A stretch of DNA of 64,000 bases from Ignavibacteriota bacterium (GCA_963801355.1 CAWDEM010000008.1:1248001-1312000); one strand, 5' to 3'. Counted from the first letter of the stretch, positions 1-10,658 are shown. Made by a program: numbers and translations. The notes: generated from the sequence alone by a model not told the origin.

Positions 1-2856
1 TACTTTGACCGTCCCTCAACCGCGGAGGCAGCGAACCTGGTGCCCGGCGGTGCGGATGCGTTCCAGCTCGAATATGTTCGTGATTGTGTACAGAAGGTGA
101 ATCGCGCATGGATGTACGTTGCGATGCAGGACCGGGATCGCGCAGCCGGAACGAGCGTGCGTCTGGCCATCATTGACGACGGATTCTGCATCAATCCCGA
201 TCTTTCAATGGTCGCGGGAGAGGGACGCGACATTGCCAGGAATGATTCTGTTCCGACCGGCGCGCGCATCACTGACGACGGACTCGACTGGCACGGTGCG
301 AGTCTGGCCTCCGCAGCGGCAAGCTTGCACAACAACGGTCTCGGTTCAGCGGGAAGCGGCGGCCAGGTCGCCGACCTGATGTTCTACCGTCTTGCCAACA
401 CGGATTTCCTCTTCGAGGTTGGCACTGCGATCGACCTTGCAGTGGCGAGAGGTGCGAAGGTCATCAACATGAGCTTCGGAGTCCCCTGCCGCGTTTTTGG
501 GAGTCCGACGTTCTGCAACTACGAAGACCTTGGCTACTTTATCAATCTTTTTCTCTGTCCGTTCGTCGACGCGACTTTGGAGGCCGCGCTGGCGATAGTA
601 AGGCCCTTCTTCCCTGTACAACCGGTGTTTCCTTGTTGGACCCTGATGGCCACGCTCACGACTGCACGAAGCCGGATGGCGTCGAGCATTGAAGATGCCC
701 TCGCAGCCGGCGTTTCGCTTGTGGCCTCAGCGGGAAACGCGCGTGATGTCCCGCCCATCCCGCCTTCAGATATCGCCGACTTCGAGATCATCCCGGCGTC
801 CATCAGCGGCGTGATCGCCGTGGGGGAGATGGACAATACCTACACGAACACCCAGTTTTACGGCAATCGCGTGGATGTCTGGTCAATGGACCCGGTGCGG
901 GTCTACACGCAACCATCTTCAGCCAACGATTGCGGTGTTGCACCTCACCTCGATGATGTCAGCGGCACATCGATCTCCTCTGCATTCATCAGCGGCGTGG
1001 TGTGCATGATGTATGCAGTGAATCCCGCATTGACCCCCGGCGAGGTTCGTGCGATTTTCCGGAGCCTCCCCCCCGGACCAGCCGATGCAACGGTACAGCG
1101 TGCGTTAGACGCATATGCGGTGGTACGGGAGGCGGGCACCCGTGCCGGTCTTCCCGATCTCGCCATCACGTCAGCGAGCCTCGGCTTCGATGAGAACCGG
1201 ATGGATATCGAGGTATGCGGCGGCTGGCCCGCGCATAATCACTTGACGGATGACACGCCGGGCACCGCCAATCAGCTCTCCGTAGGCAACAGCGATTTTG
1301 CCGACCGGGCGATTCACGCATTCGTTCCAGGGGGAACCGTCGAGGCGGACAACTACGTATTCGAAATACCGGAAAACCTTCCTGCGAACACCACCTTTGA
1401 CGTTACCGTGAGCACGTTCTATCCCACCGCGGCTGGCGCAGTCGTCCCCCGGCCCGACGCAACCATCGTTGCTCTCCATGGACTACTGGAGGGATTCTCA
1501 AGGGCAACATGGCAGAATTACGGCCTCTTCCTCGACGATGATCTCGCCTTCCAGGTTCAGGGAGTCGCAGCCAACCAGGCCGAATGGGACAACGTCTACG
1601 AGCTGACAGCAGGGATCAGCCAGCACACGATCCTCCCCGACCGCTACGACAGCGCCCCGCTTGGAGAGCCGCCCAACAACACCTTTGCCGACGCTACGCG
1701 TCTGCCGAATGTCGCAGGCGGTGACGGTTACGGCTACGAGAACAACGGACTCGCAAGGGTCTGGCAAATTCAGGCACGCGATCTGAATTTCCACATGCCC
1801 GGCGACGTTGACTTTTTTCAACTCGATCTCCCCGACTCGGCGGGAGATGATTGCAGCTCCGGCATCCCGGACTGTCCGATTCCGGGAGTCACGGCATTGA
1901 ACAATGGTTTGCTGGAGATCACTGTGAAAGGCGCCCGGCTGATCGTCGCATATGATGCCAAAGGGAACGTGCTCCGACAGGACGAGAACTGCATCCGGTA
2001 CACCTGTCCGCGCAGCTGGAGCAACGACATTGTGTACTTCGAGGTAATCGGAAGCACAACGGAATGGCTTGAATATGCCATCTCGATCACCTACTCCGTG
2101 CCAGATCCCGGCGCGGCGCAGAAACTTATTGATCTCTGCAATGCAAAGGGCGATCCATACTCACCGGATCCCTATGATGATGATGATACCTACAGTTTCA
2201 TCAATCCGGGGGCCAGGGAAGCGCAGCAGTTCATCTTCGGCGCGCCGTGCAACCCGCTCGTCTGCGACCCGCCGAAACATGACTATCTTGTCTTCAACTG
2301 GAGGAACCCTGCACAGTGCACGATCGGTTTCGAGCATCCCACAGGTGCAGCGTTCAACTACCAACTCCGGGACAACACGCTGAAGCTCATAGCCACAGCA
2401 CATCCTTCAGGTGCCCGCACGAACGAGACTGCGGCAATAGATTCCGCGGAACACCAGACGATTGAGGTTGCCACACTCCCAGCAGGTCTGTATGTTCTGC
2501 GCATTGACAGCGCGCAGATCGGAACACCGTACACTGTGGCATTCCTGACACAGGTGGACGTGAAAGACAATGGTATGGTGCAGGATGTGCCAACACACTT
2601 CTATCTTGAGCAGAATTATCCGAACCCGTTCAATCCGACAACAGTTGTCAGTTACCAGTTGCCGGTCACCAGTGAGGTGAGGCTCCTTGTGTACGACCTG
2701 CTGGGGCGACAGGTGGCGGTGCTTGTCGATGAGACGAAAGGACCCGGACACTACACAGCGACATTCAATGCATCCGGGCTTTCGAGCGGAGTGTACTTCT
2801 ACCGGCTGTTCGCCGGGGATTTCGTGGCAACCAAACGGCTGATGCTGATGAGGTAG
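1..2856 (+). CDS. S8 (subtilisin-like) serine protease with T9SS C-terminal sorting domain; 5' end lies outside the window
   Basis: Frame is open from base 1. Catalytic triad motifs IIDDG, WHGASLAS and SGTSIS; oxyanion Asn in ASAGN; C-terminus EQNYPNPFNP...SGVYFYRL...KRLMLMR. Confidence 0.88.
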   Translation, partial: YFDRPSTAEAANLVPGGADAFQLEYVRDCVQKVNRAWMYVAMQDRDRAAGTSVRLAIIDDGFCINPDLSMVAGEGRDIARNDSVPTGARITDDGLDWHGASLASAAASLHNNGLGSAGSGGQVADLMFYRLANTDFLFEVGTAIDLAVARGAKVINMSFGVPCRVFGSPTFCNYEDLGYFINLFLCPFVDATLEAALAIVRPFFPVQPVFPCWTLMATLTTARSRMASSIEDALAAGVSLVASAGNARDVPPIPPSDIADFEIIPASISGVIAVGEMDNTYTNTQFYGNRVDVWSMDPVRVYTQPSSANDCGVAPHLDDVSGTSISSAFISGVVCMMYAVNPALTPGEVRAIFRSLPPGPADATVQRALDAYAVVREAGTRAGLPDLAITSASLGFDENRMDIEVCGGWPAHNHLTDDTPGTANQLSVGNSDFADRAIHAFVPGGTVEADNYVFEIPENLPANTTFDVTVSTFYPTAAGAVVPRPDATIVALHGLLEGFSRATWQNYGLFLDDDLAFQVQGVAANQAEWDNVYELTAGISQHTILPDRYDSAPLGEPPNNTFADATRLPNVAGGDGYGYENNGLARVWQIQARDLNFHMPGDVDFFQLDLPDSAGDDCSSGIPDCPIPGVTALNNGLLEITVKGARLIVAYDAKGNVLRQDENCIRYTCPRSWSNDIVYFEVIGSTTEWLEYAISITYSVPDPGAAQKLIDLCNAKGDPYSPDPYDDDDTYSFINPGAREAQQFIFGAPCNPLVCDPPKHDYLVFNWRNPAQCTIGFEHPTGAAFNYQLRDNTLKLIATAHPSGARTNETAAIDSAEHQTIEVATLPAGLYVLRIDSAQIGTPYTVAFLTQVDVKDNGMVQDVPTHFYLEQNYPNPFNPTTVVSYQLPVTSEVRLLVYDLLGRQVAVLVDETKGPGHYTATFNASGLSSGVYFYRLFAGDFVATKRLMLMR

Positions 2857-2890
2857 GGACAATAGATCGGGGCAAGGCCCGTTATGTAGC

Positions 2891-4351
2891 TTACGGCAGA
2901 GCTGTCATGCCGTACGCGGATCCGTGCGACAGCATGATGGCACGGAATTCTGCAAGGAGATTGGGTGCGAGAATCGGTTCGGCACTCCCTTCAAGCAGGC
3001 GTTTGCGTTCTGCGGCAGCTCTGTCAGCCAGCGTAGGTTTTCCTGCATCGATCCACTCCCCTGCTCCGCCCCTGTCAATGATCTTCGGATACCAGTGCTC
3101 CGTCCGCATCCATCGCACGGTATGCACATGGCTCATGAACTCCTCCCCCCGCAGGATATCGGCAAATAGTCCGAGCGCCATCGGTTCGTCCCGCTGTGTA
3201 ATCCCATCCAGAAGCCTGTAGGCCATCCGTGCAATTTCATGATCGATGATGAGTTTCTCGGGGCTGATGCAATTCTCGTAATCCATCATCCCACCCCCTG
3301 AGACAACGTTGATCCCCGCAAGTGCGGCCAGGATTGCGCCGATACCGGTTTCCAGGCCCGCCTGAGCATCCACACATTTTGCGTCACTCAAACCGATATA
3401 CGCATGCGTCGGGAGACCCAGCGATTTGCCGATCTGGCTCGCCGCCATATCAAGCATCATGGTCTCGATTGCACCCATGGGGGGCGTGCCCTTCCGGTGG
3501 TCGAAGGCTGCGGGAGAGCCTCCGAAGACGACCGGGGCGCCCTCGGCGGCACTCTGCGCAATGACGAGGCCCGAGAGATTCTCGGCGACGTGTTGCACCA
3601 GTGCACCCGTCAGAGTCACAGGAGCCGTTGCACCCGTGAGCGGCATGGCAACGAATTCAGAAGGAATCCCTGCCCTGGCGCATTCAATAACGCTCTGTGC
3701 GGTAAGAGTGCTCCATTTCAAAGGAGGCGAAGGACAGGCGTCGAAGATCGCCAGAGGGTGGGCGCGTAGTTCTCTGGCACCGCCGCGAAGCGCGACCAGC
3801 ATCTCCAGCATGGGTCTGAAGCCGGCGAGGATGAATGTGCCGGTAACGATTGGCTTTGAGCAATGCTGGAATGCAATGAACAGTCGATAGCAGTCTGCCA
3901 CTTCGCGTGGAACATCGCTGCTTGTCAGCGCCGTGCTCTGGAAATGAAAGTGTTCAAGCTTCTGTGTGAGCCGGGCGAGATCGACAAGGTCCGGCGTGTG
4001 GGCCTCACGCTCGGCCTGGGCCGCGTGGTCGAACACGCGCAACGCGGTGGAGCCGGGGTCGAAGTGCATTGCATCGCCGCCAACGTGGAATGATCGTTTT
4101 GACGGCACGTCCCAGAGGTTGAACGCATGAGGTGTTGCGGATAACGCATGTTCAACGAAGGATCGTGGAATCAGGACCCGGCCGGCCGCACTCTCTTTCG
4201 CCCCGTTGTCCAGCAGCAGTTGCCTGGCTTCAGGGTTCTCCACAAGAATACCGATCGAAGCAAGAACTTCAAAGGCTTCATTGACGATCCGTTCAAGGAG
4301 CGCAGGGGCCAGCACTTGGGTCTGTGGGCGGAGGCGGTCAGAAGATTTCAT
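2891..4351 (-). CDS. Trimethylamine methyltransferase (MttB/MtgB superfamily), non-pyrrolysine type
   Basis: Motifs GATAPVTLTGALVQHVAENLSG, PPMGAIE, SDAKCVDAQAGLE and EKLIIDHE; no in-frame TAG. Start placed at MKSSD (4351) rather than 4441. Confidence 0.85.
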   Translation of the reverse strand: MKSSDRLRPQTQVLAPALLERIVNEAFEVLASIGILVENPEARQLLLDNGAKESAAGRVLIPRSFVEHALSATPHAFNLWDVPSKRSFHVGGDAMHFDPGSTALRVFDHAAQAEREAHTPDLVDLARLTQKLEHFHFQSTALTSSDVPREVADCYRLFIAFQHCSKPIVTGTFILAGFRPMLEMLVALRGGARELRAHPLAIFDACPSPPLKWSTLTAQSVIECARAGIPSEFVAMPLTGATAPVTLTGALVQHVAENLSGLVIAQSAAEGAPVVFGGSPAAFDHRKGTPPMGAIETMMLDMAASQIGKSLGLPTHAYIGLSDAKCVDAQAGLETGIGAILAALAGINVVSGGGMMDYENCISPEKLIIDHEIARMAYRLLDGITQRDEPMALGLFADILRGEEFMSHVHTVRWMRTEHWYPKIIDRGGAGEWIDAGKPTLADRAAAERKRLLEGSAEPILAPNLLAEFRAIMLSHGSAYGMTALP

Positions 4352-4518
4352 CAGGAATATCCCCGGAGTGTGCGGCACGTGGTGGCGGTTAGCGTACCAG
4401 CGACCACCGACAATCGACTGTGGGCAAAGTAGTGATATCAATTGCGAGCCGCAATAGCTATTCTGACTTGCATCTGAGGGCCCGCGGTGGTACTATTTCC
4501 TACACCTCAAATTCCGTC

Positions 4519-5280
4519 ATGAACGACTTCCGCAATTCAGTGGATATAGATCTCCTTCGGACTGATCCCCACAAGCTTCTCCTCCGGTATCAAGAAACCA
4601 TCGGCATTATCGTTAAGACATATATTCGCAGCGGCATGTTTCGTGCCGCGGAGTTCGAAGATATTGTCCAACACGTCAACAAGGACCTTCTCGAAAAACT
4701 CCCCCGGATACGCAGGCAGTACAACGGAATGAGCCTTTTCCGCACATATCTCTCAAATATTGTCCGGCATTCATGCCTGAGTCTCAAGGCGAAACGGCAG
4801 AGCGAACCGGTGGTTTTCGATCTCGAAGACTCATACATATCCCCGGACTCTGAATCACCCGAGCGGCAACTCCTGATTGAACACGACATCCTTGTCCTAC
4901 GCGCGATCATAGAGCAGTTCCACACGGAGCGTTTCAAGCTGTTACTTTGCCTCAAGCTCTTCTACAGAATTCCAATCACCCGCCCGGATGTGCTGCAATG
5001 GTGGCCTGAGTGCCCTGGAAACGAGATTGATACCCTTGTGTCAGCCACAGCCACGCAAGATCGAAAACTGACAGACAAGGAGGTCTTTGCCCTATTTCAA
5101 CCATTGGTGAACAAGGCCGAGAAGACCTCGAGCTCCGCAGATTCCATCCGGCGGTGGGCTGATCAGCGGATTCTGAGGATATTGGAACTGTTAAATGGAA
5201 GTCCGCCGACATCAGCCCACAATAGGGATACCCTGGGGATACTTATTGAAGACTATTTCGCTCCGTTCTTGCTGAAATGA
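4519..5280 (+). CDS. ECF-type sigma-70 factor with extended C-terminal region
   Basis: Sigma region-2-like segment EDIVQHV...LLEKL...YNGMSLFRTYLSNIVRH; followed directly by an anti-sigma-like gene. Confidence 0.75.
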   Translation: MNDFRNSVDIDLLRTDPHKLLLRYQETIGIIVKTYIRSGMFRAAEFEDIVQHVNKDLLEKLPRIRRQYNGMSLFRTYLSNIVRHSCLSLKAKRQSEPVVFDLEDSYISPDSESPERQLLIEHDILVLRAIIEQFHTERFKLLLCLKLFYRIPITRPDVLQWWPECPGNEIDTLVSATATQDRKLTDKEVFALFQPLVNKAEKTSSSADSIRRWADQRILRILELLNGSPPTSAHNRDTLGILIEDYFAPFLLK

Positions 5281-5330
5281 TAGTATATATCTTCAGATGC
5301 AGATGAACATCCAGTAACTTGGGGGTGAGT

Positions 5331-6095
5331 ATGCGTACGTGGCAATTCAGTCATTTTTGGCTCAAGGAGGCACATCTTTCCGAAGAAGCTGTGTCATTGT
5401 ATGTTGATGCCCTCAAATTGGACCGTGTCGACCAGCTCCCCCCGCGAACTGTCGAACATGTCAGACGCTGTCCGGAGTGCCAGAAAGAAATTACGGGGCT
5501 GTTTTCACTCCTTGCAGAGGAAGACTACTCGAAGACCGGACCCCACCCGTTCTTCGATAACCCGGCCAGAGCAGTGCCGAGAGAGCCGCTTCCGATCCTG
5601 AGGATCGCGGCAATCTTGGTGGCGGCGGTGGGAATCGGCATCATAGTGTACTGGATATTCCTCCGTGCCCCTGAGGACGATCACCGGACACAATCCGTAG
5701 CGGTCGGTACAAATATCGACACGAGCTCTGCACGATCGCAAGCCGACGTCACCCACGCGATGCCGACAGTCCGACAAGAACAGATTGCAGATCGTTTCAC
5801 CACATCCCCCGAACTCGAAGATTTGATGCGCAGTTCTGTCCGTTCTGCCGAAACGGAAGTGCAGTCGCCCGGTATCGGCGGCACGGTGCACGCCGGATCG
5901 ATTTTCCGGTGGACCACGTCGGCTCAGCCTCCGTTCGATCTCACGATTCTGGACAACACGGGCTCTGTGCTAACAACGCACAAGCTTCGTGCGAGTATGT
6001 TCATCATCAACGATTCACTGCAGGCTGGTCTGTACTACTGGAAACTCGTGGCCCAGGACAATCTGCTTCACGTGGGAAAATTTGTCGTGCGGTGA
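5331..6095 (+). CDS. Putative membrane-anchored zinc-finger anti-sigma factor
   Basis: N-terminal HxxxCxxC (HVRRCPEC), one TM helix (IAAILVAAVGIGIIVYWIFL), C-terminal beta-rich domain (GLYYWKL); immediately downstream of the ECF sigma. Confidence 0.7.
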   Translation: MRTWQFSHFWLKEAHLSEEAVSLYVDALKLDRVDQLPPRTVEHVRRCPECQKEITGLFSLLAEEDYSKTGPHPFFDNPARAVPREPLPILRIAAILVAAVGIGIIVYWIFLRAPEDDHRTQSVAVGTNIDTSSARSQADVTHAMPTVRQEQIADRFTTSPELEDLMRSSVRSAETEVQSPGIGGTVHAGSIFRWTTSAQPPFDLTILDNTGSVLTTHKLRASMFIINDSLQAGLYYWKLVAQDNLLHVGKFVVR

Positions 6096-6107
6096 GTGCC
6101 GGTGCGG

Positions 6108-9100
6108 CTACTGTCCGATAAGGGTAAACCCGGCCCAGCTGAAAGGAAACGCGGTCCGTTCATGCGAGAGCAACTGCAGCTTGGCCATCTGCAGGGCCTT
6201 TCCGAACCGCCACCCCTTCAGCACGCCGTCGTAGAAGAGTTGCATGAGTTCACTCGTATGATGGTCCATCACTTGCCATAGCGAGTAGACGATGTTGCGC
6301 GCTCCTGAATGGAGGAATCCGCGCATCAGTGCGTACACTCCTTCGCCGGTTACGTACCGGCCGATCCCGCTTTCACAGGAGCTGAGCACCACGAGGTCCG
6401 CATGAAGATCCAGGTTGTATGCCTCCGCGGCATACAACACCCCATCGTCTCCATTAACAGTATCACCGGGCTGCGCGAAGACAAGCGCCGAACGGCTTGG
6501 ATCATGTTCGTTTACCAGTCCGTGTGTTGCGACATGAAGGTAGGCGTAATGGGGTGCGTTGCGTTTGAAATTCTCTTCGGTGGCCATGCCATTGACAAAT
6601 GCGCGTGCCTGCAGATCCCGTTTTGTGAACTCGCTCGCAATACCCATAACTTCCGCATCGGAAAAACTCAACTCGCGAAAACGCCTTCCATTGACGCTGA
6701 TGGAGCGGAGGTGTGTGGTGTCCAGACTGTTGGCGAACCGGTTCGAGGCGAGGATCAGACCCGTCTGCGTCGACTCGCGAAACACCGGCGCAAAGCCTGC
6801 GAAATTCAGATCCTCACCCTGTTCATACATATGGGGACTGCCTGATTCACAGAAGAGCCGGGCCGAAGGAGACATCGCAATCTCGTGCGATTTGATGAGG
6901 AATGGCAGGGATGAGAAACTCCGGCGGTTGCCGGTCGTGCCGCCCTCGGGCGGGAGGAGTACCTCAAACGGAACGCGCGCAAGGTCCTTGTCGGGAACAA
7001 CGATTATGCGTGCATATGAAGCGAGCGTGTGCGCGAACGGGGTGATGACCAGCGCATAGAGGCGGCGTGCAGCCCCGGCGAATCCTTCCCGGTCCACGGT
7101 ACGAATCGAGCGCATCAGGGTTCCGGTTGCGGAAATGATGCCTGTGGGAGACCGGAGGACGTACACGTCCGACTTCTGCTTGCCGATGACAAAGACGTAT
7201 CCCGTCCTGTCGCCGAGAAAATACTCGACAAGCAGTGTGCTGTCGTCCAGCGCATGCTGCACGTTCTTCATCAAGGCAAGGGTGTCGCTAGCAAAAAGGC
7301 GCGTATAGGAAGGTGACGTCCTCCGAAGCTGTTCTGTCGCCAGGCGCAGTTCTTCCCGCAACGAAAGCGCATTCCATTGGAGCGTCTGCACTCTCGCAGA
7401 GTCAATCGCCGGCAGGTCCAGTGCTTTTGAGAGCTGCAACTCCGTTGCCGTAAGCCGGGTCTTCAGCGAACGTACATTCAGGAGGAGATTACGCGGAACG
7501 CCGGCAAACTCTCTCACACGCGCATCGCGGATGCCTTCCAGAAGGATCCCGGCCTTGTTGAGCTCTGCAAAACAAAAGGCCGATTCCAGATACTCCTCGC
7601 GCTGCGTGAGCTTTCGGAGTCTCAATGCAACGTCAATACCCTTCTCGAAGATATCGGAGAACTGCTCCAGGAGCCGGAACTTGGATCCTTCGGATTCGTA
7701 ACTCGACCGCAACTTCAGCAATGTTTGGCTTGCCTGCCGGTAAGCCTGCAATGCAGAGCCCAATCGTTCGACCACCGAGCCGGTGTCGTGCGAACACTCA
7801 GCGAGACAGATCCCTTTTTTGCGAAGGACCCTCAGCAGATGAACGCCGCGCACAAGATCACACGGAGTGTCGCTGATCACCGGCAGTGCTGATACTTCCC
7901 GGCAGAACGAAGCTATGGCGGCATCGTATGCGGCCACTGCCGCCGCCGGCGAATTTCGTGCACGATGGATATCGCCTTCCACCTCGTGTATCCGGGCCAG
8001 GAGCAGAGGGTTGTTTTGAGGAGATTCTCGGACGGCGATCGATACCCGTCCCACTACGGCGGCAGCGCTGTCCAGTCGGCCCATTCGCCGGTAAGCACCG
8101 GCCATTTTGACCATCAGGTTGGCAAGATCGGGCCTGCTTGGTCCGCCAGGCACGAGAAGTCTGATGCGGAGGGCTTCGCGGAGGTGGGCAAGGGCTCCGG
8201 CGTAGTGGCCGGTTCCCTCCTCCACTTCGGCAAGCACTTCACGCGCAGCAGCAAGATCGGGGTGATCCTTCCCCAGAGCTGTCGATTTGAGCTGCAGCGC
8301 CGCCATGGCATGCGTGCGCGCGGAGGCGAAGTCCTCCTTCTCGACGCAGGCGGAAGCCGCAAACTGATGGATTTCCCCGATGCTGGCCGGAGTGCCGAAG
8401 TGGTACTGCCGGGTCCTGAACAGTCCGTCATTGAACGCATCGAGGGCGCGGTCGTAATCGCCCATCTGTGCGTACACATTTCCGACGCTCGTACGTATAC
8501 TCACAAGAAGGGTCTGGTTGTTTGGATCCACCACCTTTGCGAGAGCTGCCGCAGAGTCGTAGAGCGAGACGGCAAGAGTAAACTGGCCGGCCTCTGCCTG
8601 ACACGCAGCGAGATAGATCATTCCGGTGATCATCGAATGCGAATGTTCCAGACCGAGCATCCGGAGGATCACCAGGGAGCTGTCGAGGCATCGTGTAGCT
8701 TCAACATATTCTGCCCGCTCTCGAAGGACATTTCCCAGGAGCATGAGGATACTTGCAGTGAGAGGAGAATGCTCGGAACTTCGGAATAGAGTCGAAGGGC
8801 TTCGTGAAGTCTCGACGGCCTCGCTATACAAGCCCATCTTCCGAAACGCCAGGCCAAGCGAATAGTAGTTCCCTGCAAGAAGCGGATGATCGGATCCGAG
8901 AATGCCCGACGGATCTCCAGACTCCGCGATATGGCTAATTGCGGAGTCAGGTCGATCGTGGTAAGACTGGAAATATGAAAGATAGGATAGGTCTCAGCGA
9001 TCCTGAGACTGGCTCTCAGGGACAAACTGCGGGGCAGCGACGGTGAAAGCTGATCTGACCAGATGCTCTGCAGAGTCTACGTTTCCTTTAGCGATGAGCG

Positions 9101-9368
9101 ACTCTGGATTTGTAGTTTGCACAGTAAGATAGGATTCCCATTCCTTGCCTTTGAACAGCCGGGAGGCCTGATCGCAGAAGGAGTAGGCGCTGTCATATGA
9201 CTCGCGCGTGAGGAATTCCAGCCCTCGCTGGAGCAGCGCAGTTCCGATCGAAACGGAATCATCCCGGGTTTCGGCCGGCGACTGGCATTGGGCTGCCACA
9301 ACGAGGAGCGGGAAGAAAGCGGCCCACAGGAAGAATCGACTGCGGAATTGTCGAACCCGTGGCTCCAA
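6108..9368 (-). CDS. Exported TPR-CHAT (caspase-like) protease; 5' part interrupted by an in-frame TGA at 8994-8996 and apparent compensating indels
   Basis: ORF 6108..8837 has TPR repeats (LGKDHPDLA, ALRIRL) and an intact CHAT dyad (HVATHG, VVLSSCESG) ending FSWAGFTLIG. ORF 8994..9446 is in the same frame and supplies a signal-peptide-like N-terminus. Candidate TTG start at 9368 with upstream GAGGA. Confidence 0.85.
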
Positions 9369-9472
9369 ATTCGCGTCCTCAACAGTAGATACAGATATAG
9401 TTCCGGACGATGAGACCATCGATCCGGTCGTAGATCCATGCCCCAATCACACACAACACATGGAAGGTCGCA

Positions 9473-9641
9473 ATGAAAACAAAAGCAGCGTTGACCCTTG
9501 CAGCAGCCCTGATTCTCCTTTCGTCAGTCGGAGCAGCAAACTGGGCATCGGGTGCAGCAATCAGCTGCTGACAACTCAGCAGCGGTACACGAACGGCTGA
9601 CCCTCCAACCCTCACCCCCACCGCCGCCTCTACGGTCATAG
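9473..9641 (+). CDS. Small secreted Pro-rich peptide (~55 aa; needs a one-base frameshift near 9560)
   Basis: GGAAGG RBS, then signal peptide MKTKAALTLAAALILLSSVGAANWASG. That frame stops at TGA 9569-9571; the shifted frame reads SAADNSAAVHERLTLQPSPPPPPLRS*. Not in the ORF track. Confidence 0.5.
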
Positions 9642-9740
9642 CTGGCAGGTGTGGACCCGATACTGCCTCTGCGGTCGTAGTGGACAGGTATGGACCTGAT
9701 ACCGCCTCTGCGGTCATAGCGGACAGGTGTGGACCTGATA
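9624..9740. repeat. Tandem repeat, 3 x 39 bp
   Basis: ccgcctctacggtcatagctggcaggtgtggacccgata / ctgcctctgcggtcgtagtggacaggtatggacctgata / ccgcctctgcggtcatagcggacaggtgtggacctgata. Confidence 0.95.
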
Positions 9741-9936
9741 CGGCACAACTCAGTTGTGCAATAATACACATTCGTATCACCAATCGCAAAGGGTCGGTGT
9801 AATTTCATAAAATACAACGAATTGGCGTGATCCGAAAACCCCCAAAGAGGAGTAAATACACTCAAACAGGTGTGTGGCGGAGATCTACATCAAATTTTGG
9901 CCAAACCAAGCAAAGGCCCCCAAGGACTTGTCTAAC

Positions 9937-10302
9937 ATGGTGGTGAATATCGTTGATCCAGAGGGGAAAGAGTTTCAGAGGGTCGTTCTCTCCGGCAAAG
10001 CCCCCGATGACACCGGGTGGCTTTTGCACCACGAGATACTGGAAATCCTCCGGAGCGGCAAAGGGAAACGGCTTCTCATAGACATCACGGCCGTCCAGGG
10101 ACGCTCAAGCATCGTCGATGCCATATATCAAGCTGAGACTGTGAGAGGCGAAGATCATATCCAGAGTCACCGGCTTGCCGTGCTCGAGCTTCTCGAAAAT
10201 CAGAGCAATGCCCGGGATGAAGAAGTGGTGCTGGCCAATCGGGGAATTCCGGTGAGGTTCTTTTTCAGCGAAGCCGGAGCAATGGAGTGGCTCGGGGAGT
10301 AG
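9937..10302 (+). CDS. Hypothetical protein, SpoIIAA/STAS-like fold suspected
   Basis: LLIDIT and C-terminal VRFFFSEAGAMEWL resemble SpoIIAA-like small proteins; AAGGA upstream of ATG 9937. Confidence 0.55.
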   Translation: MVVNIVDPEGKEFQRVVLSGKAPDDTGWLLHHEILEILRSGKGKRLLIDITAVQGRSSIVDAIYQAETVRGEDHIQSHRLAVLELLENQSNARDEEVVLANRGIPVRFFFSEAGAMEWLGE

Positions 10303-10339
10303 CGGGCCGAGAGCAGAGCTGAAGCGCGGATACCACAAA

Positions 10340-10555
10340 ATGCAACCCTTGTCAGCGCAGGACACGTTTTCTGTGTGGTTCAGGAAACTCAACCAACGGG
10401 AACAGAGCGCGACACTGCGGTACATCAGAGATCACTATTTTTCCAGACCCTCTCCCCCGTTCACCATGGAAACCACGAAACCGCCGGCAGCAAACTTTCT
10501 CGCCGATCCAGGTGAACAGCAACCTGTCTGCCCAACGTGCAAGCGTAAATACTAG
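10340..10555 (+). CDS. Small hypothetical protein with C-terminal CxxC
   Basis: 71-aa ORF ending VCPTCKRKY, co-oriented with the previous gene. Confidence 0.45.
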   Translation: MQPLSAQDTFSVWFRKLNQREQSATLRYIRDHYFSRPSPPFTMETTKPPAANFLADPGEQQPVCPTCKRKY

Positions 10556-10658
10556 TTACCCTCCCACCATCTCTTGTTGCGAACGAGGGAGTACAGTCCA
10601 CGTCACAACAAGGATCCTCCGGGTTTTTCGCTAGCATACGAGTATCGGGACGGCACGT

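Noticed and set aside
8994-9571. Two in-frame TGA codons as selenocysteine or an alternative genetic code
   Set aside because: TGA is a normal stop in many genes here (ATGA overlaps), neither context is a redox motif, and adjacent-frame TPR phrases point to indels.
9624-9740. 39-bp repeats as a CRISPR array
   Set aside because: Units are contiguous with no unique spacers, and there are no cas genes in the window.
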